From a virus (taxonomy: Duplodnaviria > Heunggongvirae > Uroviricota > Caudoviricetes), in IMG/VR virus record IMGVR_UViG_3300029138_000071: DNA of 4,659 nucleotides; one strand, given 5' to 3'. Made by a program: the position numbers and the translations under genes. Shown in pieces: positions 1 through 4,659 of the stretch. Position 1 is the first letter of the stretch; every line of letters begins with the position of its first letter. The notes beneath the pieces were generated by a model. That model was not told the origin of the DNA. It did no database searches and saw only the letters and a list, made by a program, of their open reading frames with translations.

Positions 1-637
1 CCCCGCCGTGGTGTGGAAGAGGATGTTTACTGGTGGGTGCCGTCCTTCAACGAGCCGACAGCCTTCACGCCCGGCTCCGTGTTTCACCTGCTGGAGCCGG
101 ATATTAATCAGGAGCTGTACGGCCTGCCGGAATATCTCAGCGCCCTTAATTCTGCCTGGCTGAATGAGTCGGCCACGCTGTTTCGCCGCAAGTATTACGA
201 AAACGGCGCACATGCCGGATACATCATGTACGTCACTGATGCCGTGCAGGATCGCAACGATATCGAAATGCTTCGCGAAAACATGGTGAAGTCGAAAGGC
301 CGCAACAACTTTAAAAATCTGTTTCTCTATGCCCCGCAGGGGAAAGCCGACGGCATTAAAATTATCCCGCTCAGTGAAGTGGCAACGAAGGACGATTTTT
401 NNNNNNNNNNNNNNNNNNNNNNNCGCTGACCTGCTGGACGCGCACCGCATCCCCTTTCAGTTGATGGGCGGCAAGCCGGAGAACGTCGGGTCGTTGGGTG
501 ATATTGAGAAAGTGGCAAAGGTCTTTGTCCGCAATGAGCTTATCCCGCTACAGGACAGGATCCGCGAGATAAACGGCTGGCTCGGTCAGGAGGTCATCCG
601 CTTTAAAAACTACTCACTGGACACTGACAACGGCTGA
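1..637 (+). CDS. Q: Phage portal protein (P2 gpQ-like), 5'-partial; reading frame interrupted by the assembly gap at 401-423
   Basis: Frame 1 is open from position 1 to the N-run (ORF track 13..429). After the gap the protein continues in frame 2 (ORF track 329..637) and ends at TGA 635-637. The gene ends about 170 bp before the cos site and points toward it, as Q does in P2. The gap is 23 N, not a multiple of 3, so the frame change is an assembly artefact of unknown true length. Protein identity is inferred from synteny, not from recalled sequence. Confidence 0.8.
401..423. other. Run of 23 N: assembly/scaffold gap inside the portal gene
   Basis: Directly visible as n characters at 401-423. 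Confidence 0.99.
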
Positions 638-642
638 ACATC

Positions 643-664
643 GCCGCCTGCGGGCGGCTTTTTT
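643..664 (+). terminator. Rho-independent terminator of the portal gene
   Basis: GCCGCC (643-648), tetraloop TGCG, GGCGGC (653-658), then TTTTTT (659-664), starting 6 nt after the Q stop codon. Confidence 0.8.
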
Positions 665-806
665 ACACCCCGTCATCACGCCCTCACACGCTCACCTCCA
701 CGCAAAACAGCCCGCAGACACACCGACGCCCCGGCACACAATCTAAACGCCATCACGACGCGCTGAGACGCCGAAAAAATAAAATCAGCACCACCGCCAG
801 CGCGCA

Positions 807-825
807 GTGCTTTCCCCGCCTCGCC
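807..825. other. cos site: 19-nt P2-type cohesive-end sequence
   Basis: Plus strand gtgctttccccgcctcgcc is the reverse complement of GGCGAGGCGGGGAAAGCAC, which I recall as the P2/P4 cohesive end. It sits between convergent Q and A, the expected position in a circular or prophage P2 map. Confidence 0.85.
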
Positions 826-1110
826 CGCCCGCTTCACGGGGCGGTTTTAATGCAGTTGCATAGATACTATGGATCCGCACCAGTCCTGACCGCACGCAGC
901 CTGAACGGACATCCCCAACGCATGCAAAAACATTCACTTGTTGCATGCATAGCTTTTTAAGTACGCCATACCGCAACTGTACATTTTTAAGCAATTGGCA
1001 ACTTTAAAAAATTTACATTGCTTTCAAGACCTTATCATCCGTAGTCTCTGTTTTTTACTTTGAGCTACATCAATAAAATCTCAAACATGTTTAATGCAAA
1101 GCCCTTGTTA

Positions 1111-1164
1111 CACAACATAGAATGTATGTCTAGAAACAACGACATACTATATGTTGTGTTTTTC
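1111..1164 (+). terminator. Long imperfect AU-rich hairpin followed by a T-run; candidate intrinsic terminator or structured RNA element
   Basis: Arm cacaacata-gaat-gtatgtc (1111-1130), loop tagaaacaac, arm gacatac-ta-tatgttgtg (1141-1158): 9 bp plus 7 bp of pairing around a small internal loop, then TTTTT (1159-1163). No T-run follows on the minus strand. Confidence 0.4.
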
Positions 1165-1225
1165 CGGCTCTCTGTTCGGTGATATGCCAAATCACTTTGC
1201 GTTTAAACAGAGCATTATTTCAGGG

Positions 1226-1240
1226 CAAGACTTCGCTCAA
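1226..1240 (+). repeat. Direct repeat copy 1 (CAAGACTTCGCTCAA), in the 5' leader of the small ORF
   Basis: Identical 15-mer recurs at 1490-1504; this copy ends 64 nt upstream of the ATG at 1304. Confidence 0.9.
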
Positions 1241-1303
1241 AAGTCATTCCACCTAAGAAGCGCATATACCGGTGGAAGTTGCCCTCTACTTACAGGAGGC
1301 AAT

Positions 1304-1417
1304 ATGAAGAAATGCTATTACTGCATTCTCGTTCTGGCCCTCTTTGGCTATCCAAACGGTAGTCCGAGTGGTTTGTCAGTAAACGTCAGTAATATCAATG
1401 TCAGCATTATGCTTTAA
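1304..1417 (+). CDS. Small hydrophobic protein, 37 aa (MKKCYYCILVLALFGYPNGSPSGLSVNVSNINVSIML); candidate single-pass membrane peptide
   Basis: AGGAGG at 1294-1299, 4 nt before ATG 1304; MKK followed by a 13-residue hydrophobic stretch; stop TAA 1415-1417, then a terminator. The ORF track gives a longer in-frame version from 1151, but that ATG lies inside the hairpin stem and has no SD; an alternative start is ATG 1184. Confidence 0.45.
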   Translation: MKKCYYCILVLALFGYPNGSPSGLSVNVSNINVSIML

Positions 1418-1429
1418 TATGCTTCAAAC

Positions 1430-1459
1430 AAAAAAACCACCTGCCAGGGTGGTTTTTTT
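1430..1459. terminator. Bidirectional rho-independent terminator
   Basis: A-run 1430-1436, stem CCACC (1437-1441), loop TGCCAG, stem GGTGG (1448-1452), T-run 1453-1459. It reads as hairpin plus U-run on both strands, so it can end both the small ORF transcript (+) and the gene A early transcript (-). Confidence 0.8.
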
Positions 1460-1489
1460 GCGCCCATCATCAATACGATGAAAGACTGA

Positions 1490-1504
1490 CAAGACTTCGC
1501 TCAA
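1490..1504 (+). repeat. Direct repeat copy 2 (CAAGACTTCGCTCAA)
   Basis: Identical to 1226-1240. It lies just downstream (on the minus strand) of a promoter-like TTGCGG-17 nt-CATAAT (1538..1533 and 1515..1510). Confidence 0.9.
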
Positions 1505-1612
1505 GACGAATTATGCGTCGACATAAGGTTACCCGCAATGATTTTATTAGACTAAATAGATGGCCTTTTATGACCAGGATCAAACGGCTGTCCTTACCGA
1601 CATGCTAGTCAC

Positions 1613-1650
1613 TCAATAGCATTTAGCCTTCTAATTCAGCATGCTATTGA
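1613..1650. repeat. Perfect 10-bp inverted repeat (TCAATAGCAT / ATGCTATTGA) with an 18-nt spacer
   Basis: 1613-1622 and 1641-1650 are exact reverse complements; no U-run on either side; it lies 37-74 nt beyond the true stop of gene A. Confidence 0.7.
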
Positions 1651-1686
1651 CCTTCTGCTGCCCCATAACTGCTCCGCATAAGCCAT

Positions 1687-3985
1687 TCAATGCCATATCA
1701 AATCACGTTGTATTTTTACTCAAATGGGTAACGAGAACCCCGGCCACTCATCAGCAACCGGATACGTGAATTTTTTCCCGTCATAATTTACGGTCGCGCC
1801 ACGCGCCAGCGCCTCAAGCTCCCATCGTTGCGGCCTGATACCGTTCTGAGCGAGGTCAACGCGGATACGGGTAATTTGCAATCGTTCGACCGGGTCAGTC
1901 TGGCCGACGGTGCTATTTCATGTGGTTTTAACGGGCTTCCGTTTCTTTGCTGACGATTTGGTGTTTTCAGGCCGTGTTTTAATGCATCCCTGAGCGTCCT
2001 CACGACCTCCGGGTCACTCCATTCGATGACACCGTCATCAACCAGATTAAGCACTGCTACGGCGTGCTCAGAGGGTGTGGGAGCCGGTAACGAAGTATCA
2101 CCACCAGTGAGCTTTCCACAGTTATTGACAGGACTCCGAGGCGCGGCGATGCCGCTTTTTAAAGTCAAAGGCTCAACGACCGGAGCTTTCGGCACAATGC
2201 GCCAGTCCGTCGTTCTGGTGATATGAATATGACGCGCGCCGAGATGCGGCGCGTAAATGCCGACCACTCTCTCGACTTCTTCCTCGTACTCGTTAACTTC
2301 ATCCGACGGACTACGGGCGACCCTGACAGTCTGACAATCGCGCGGGACATTTGCCCCACCCTGCGCGCTGATATACAGCGCAAAATCGCCACTGTCTGCG
2401 GCAGCGCGTGCAGCCTCGACGCGTTCGTCAAACTCATCAGCAATGCTGACGCCGCGAGGCAATTTGCGTAGTTCACGGTAAGCCCCCATTGTCGGCAGGC
2501 CAACCGTTTTAAATTGCGGAATGCGCCACGTTGACGCCCATGCGGTAACAGCCGCGGCAGTGTCTTTCAGCGGCCTGCCGGTGTCGTTATCGAGCTGACC
2601 ATCCAGTGCATAGCCATCGATGTTTTTTGAAATGTATTTCGCGATATATCCCGCAGCACCGCCCCGGTTAAGGTGTTTTGCCTGAAAACGGTTTCGCGCG
2701 GCTCCTCTTTCGTCGCCATCCTCTTTGAGCGCATAGCGACGCATGATTTCGATAATCTGGTTACGCTGGCGTGGATTACAAAAAAGCATCATATGCCAGT
2801 GCGGCGTTCCGTCGTGGTGTGGTTCAACAACACGCAAACCGTAGGCCAGTAAATCATTATCCTTGAATGCCGTGCGCATCAGGCTCCAGATACGGCAGAG
2901 ATAACGCTGCGCATCCTTTGGATTAAATGCCTCATCATTCCAGCCGTGACGGTTTTACTTTCGCCTTTTCTGACCTGACGTGTCGGGTGATACTTTGACG
3001 GCGCGGTCAGCGTGATAAACATCCCCACATCACCCTCTGCGGCAGCGTAACGCTCAATACCGGCGATGGTGTTCATCAGCTCCATCCGGCGAATTTCGGG
3101 ATTAGAAATACTGCCCATCACCTTACTGATAAGGTCGATGCGCTCGCCGGTTTCCTTGTTTTCAAGGTCACACGATTTAAGAAATTCCAGATTTGCCTGG
3201 CGGCGCGCACGCACATCACGAATGGCATGTTTACTGGCATAAGGAGAACGGTCTTTATTGACCTCCCCGACAGCAATCAGTAACGCCTCATGCCAGCGCA
3301 TACGCTGGCCTTTAAGCTGATGAGTCCACCACTCATCGTTAAACAGACGGGCAATGGCAGAATATGCCTGCCTCGTGGTCATCTGCCCTTTACGGTATTT
3401 TTTCCAGTAGAGCGGGGAAATATTGAAAGCACGTGCAGCGCCAGCAACATGACCATACAGGTGAGCCTGCGCCTCATCCGTAAACAGCGATTCTTTCTCG
3501 CCATGCGCATCCACCCAGGCATCGCAGAGTTCCTCATACATTATGAAAAGCTGCGATGAGATACGGGCGGCAAACTTTTTCAGCTCCTTGTCATTCATTC
3601 CCGGCAGGCGCGCATAGTGGTCACGCTCTGCCAGAAACAGTAACGACGCGTCGGTGTTCATTTCATGGCGCTGATTCACACGCTCAATGCGCGGCCATAA
3701 ACGCCGCTGAAAAGTGGATGTGAGGAAATAAAACCCGTGCACCGGGCTTTTATTGCGCCGGATGTAGTCATAGCGTGAAGTAAACAGCGAGCGCAAAAAG
3801 TAAGGCAGGCGGTTAATCGTGGATAAAACACCTTGCACCTGACGCATCTCGTCACGTGTAAGGGGTCTTTCGCGCCCGACAGCCTCGCGTGGCGCGTTCC
3901 ATGCATAAGCACCGGTAAACGTCTTACCGGTGCCTGCGGCAAATGCTGACGGAGGGACAAAACGCCCGGAGGCTTTAACGGCCAT
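1687..3985 (-). pseudogene. A: Replication initiation protein gpA (rolling-circle HUH endonuclease, P2 gene A), interrupted by two frameshifts
   Basis: The gene reads as three frame segments: 3985..2879 (N-terminus MAVKASGRFVPP, motif FITLTAP), 2879..1788 (HUH motif PHWHMMLF, tyrosine motif YIAKYISKNIDGY) and about 1887..1687 (ERLQITRIRVDLAQNGIRPQRWELEALARGATVNYDGKKFTYPVADEWPGFS...). The frame changes between codons KTV and HGWNDEAF near 2945-2950 (consistent with a roughly 10-nt deletion relative to my recollection of P2 A) and between RLTRS and ERLQ at 1886/1887 (consistent with a 1-nt deletion). The ORF track's ATG at 4027 is an in-frame upstream alternative start, but it overlaps the preceding gene. 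The final stop is TGA 1689..1687. Confidence 0.85.
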
Positions 3986-4250
3986 ATGAGCCAAAAGCCT
4001 CTGAACAACGCCTGCTGAGTTGCTCAACCTGCGCGTTTAAATCAGCAAAAGACTTTGCGCTTCCGGTCAGAATATCGTGATGCATCATGCCGGAAACGAG
4101 CTGGCTTAATTTCGGGTAATAACCAACCACCGCCAGCCATTCCTGACCGGCGTTTTTACCGCTTTCAGCTCTCTTTTTCTCGTGGAGAATAAACTGAAAG
4201 CTGTCACTGGTAACGACATAACGTTCGCCAATTTCAATACGAATACTCAT
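3975..4250 (-). CDS. Hypothetical early-operon protein (P2 Orf83-like position), 91 aa
   Basis: ORF 4250..3975 with a GGAG SD about 7 nt upstream; its ATG overlaps the upstream gene stop (ATGA at 4250-4247), and its 3' end overlaps the A start by 11 nt. Operon context only; no recognisable domain. Confidence 0.7.
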   Translation of the reverse strand: MSIRIEIGERYVVTSDSFQFILHEKKRAESGKNAGQEWLAVVGYYPKLSQLVSGMMHHDILTGSAKSFADLNAQVEQLSRRCSEAFGSYGR

Positions 4251-4471
4251 GCCATTCTCCGGTAATGCTTGTTTTTTGCTTCAAAGACTGACTGGCATGA
4301 AACACAACGCGTGGCTGACGGATAAGCCGCACGACGGGCAGCAGGTATTGGCGCGTCACACTCTTCGCAAACCAGCGCAGAAACACCGCAATGCTTTACC
4401 CTTGCCGCGTTAATCTGGCGCTCCAGTAATTCAGCCTGTTGTTCCTGAATAAAATCTACGTTGTCCGGCAT
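4247..4471 (-). CDS. DksA/TraR-family C4-type zinc-finger protein (P2 Orf82-like), 74 aa
   Basis: The protein contains C-x2-C-x17-C-x2-C (CEEC...CVSC), the TraR/DksA zinc-finger signature. GGAG SD 6 nt upstream; the start overlaps the stop of the upstream ORF (TAATG). Confidence 0.85.
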   Translation of the reverse strand: MPDNVDFIQEQQAELLERQINAARVKHCGVSALVCEECDAPIPAARRAAYPSATRCVSCQSVFEAKNKHYRRMA

Positions 4472-4659
4472 TACCAGCTCCTTTTGTCGTTCAGCTTCTT
4501 AAATTCATCAGCGCAATAGCTGGCGATTTCTGTCGTTAATTTTGTCAGTTCATCCACGGATGAAATTTGCTTATGAAATACAGCGCGTTTAACAAGTAAA
4601 TTGACCACATCAGACAGGAGATTTAATTCGTTCTGATAAATCGCGAAAACAGATTCAGT
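4471..4659 (-). CDS. Hypothetical protein (P2 Orf81-like position), 3' portion only; gene continues beyond the window
   Basis: Minus-strand frame open from the window edge to TAA 4473..4471 (62 codons, ...TEIASYCADEFKKLNDKRSW) and translationally coupled to the next gene. It is missing from the ORF track because it has no start within the window. Confidence 0.6.
   Translation of the reverse strand, partial: TESVFAIYQNELNLLSDVVNLLVKRAVFHKQISSVDELTKLTTEIASYCADEFKKLNDKRSW

Larger units (their letters stand above)
1430..1505 (-). ncRNA. Hypothetical minus-strand small RNA (or 3' UTR of the gene A transcript) with a 5' segment antisense to the small ORF leader
   Basis: Inference only. The minus-strand promoter-like hexamers are weak (-35 matches 3/6, -10 matches 5/6). 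The predicted 5' end would carry UUGAGCGAAGUCUUG, perfectly complementary to 1226-1240 of the + strand leader, and the transcript would end at the bidirectional terminator. Confidence 0.2.

Noticed and set aside
327-518. 63-aa minus-strand ORF
   Set aside because: Antisense to the portal gene and spanning the N gap (contains X residues); a shadow ORF.
850-963. 37-codon plus-strand ORF (MQLHRYYGSAPVLTARS...) immediately after cos
   Set aside because: No convincing SD, overlaps the cos-flanking region and an inverted repeat, and the product is not hydrophobic or otherwise distinctive.
785-994. 69-aa minus-strand ORF from the six-frame track
   Set aside because: It runs straight through the cos site and the GC-rich cos flank, has no Shine-Dalgarno, and gives a low-complexity Arg/Gly-rich product; most likely a chance ORF.
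1151-1303. Upstream extension of the small ORF to the 88-aa version in the ORF track
   Set aside because: The ATG at 1151 lies within the 3' arm of the 1111-1158 hairpin and lacks an SD, whereas the internal ATG at 1304 has AGGAGG. The extension is not excluded (ATG 1184 is an alternative) but is less likely.
1512-1607. 31-codon plus-strand ORF (MRRHKVTRNDF...) after the bidirectional terminator
   Set aside because: No SD and no supporting signals; the region is better explained as minus-strand 3' UTR or promoter sequence.
2026-2503. ORFs 2026..2226 (+), 2165..2503 (-) and 2223..2471 (+)
   Set aside because: All embedded in gene A in antisense or alternative frames; the HUH-endonuclease frame explains the region.
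3290-4008. ORFs 3290..3559 (+) and 3676..4008 (-)
   Set aside because: Embedded within the N-terminal part of gene A, opposite strand or off-frame; no independent signals.
3985-4027. Upstream in-frame ATG at 4027 as the gene A start (ORF-track start)
   Set aside because: The ATG at 3985 gives the N-terminus MAVKASGRFVPP that I recall for P2 gpA; the 4027 start would overlap the preceding gene by 53 nt. Kept only as an alternative.
1-4659. CRISPR array, tRNA/rRNA genes, integrase/attP or transposase
   Set aside because: No spacer-repeat periodicity, no tRNA-like cloverleaf candidates and no recombinase-like ORFs were seen; the P2 attP/int region lies elsewhere in the P2 map, outside this window.

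Overview
This window spans the cos packaging junction of a P2-like (Peduovirus-type) phage or prophage. On the left is the 3' part of the portal gene Q (+ strand, interrupted by a 23-N assembly gap), its intrinsic terminator, a C+A-rich tract and an exact P2-type 19-nt cos sequence (807-825). On the right is the early replication operon on the - strand: a partial orf81-like gene, a TraR/DksA zinc-finger gene, an orf83-like gene and the rolling-circle initiator gene A. Gene A is broken by two frameshifts (near 2947 and 1886), so it is either a pseudogene or carries sequence errors. Between A and cos, where P2 itself carries orf91-tin-old, there is only about 0.9 kb of AT-rich DNA with no large ORF. 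That interval holds a 37-codon hydrophobic ORF with an AGGAGG Shine-Dalgarno and a bidirectional terminator, a 15-nt perfect direct repeat that could pair its 5' UTR with a convergent transcript, and several hairpins. This is the most plausible place for an undescribed small toxin/antisense-RNA-like module, but that reading is inference from sequence alone. No rRNA, tRNA, CRISPR array or transposase was recognised. All homology statements are from memory of P2, not from a search.
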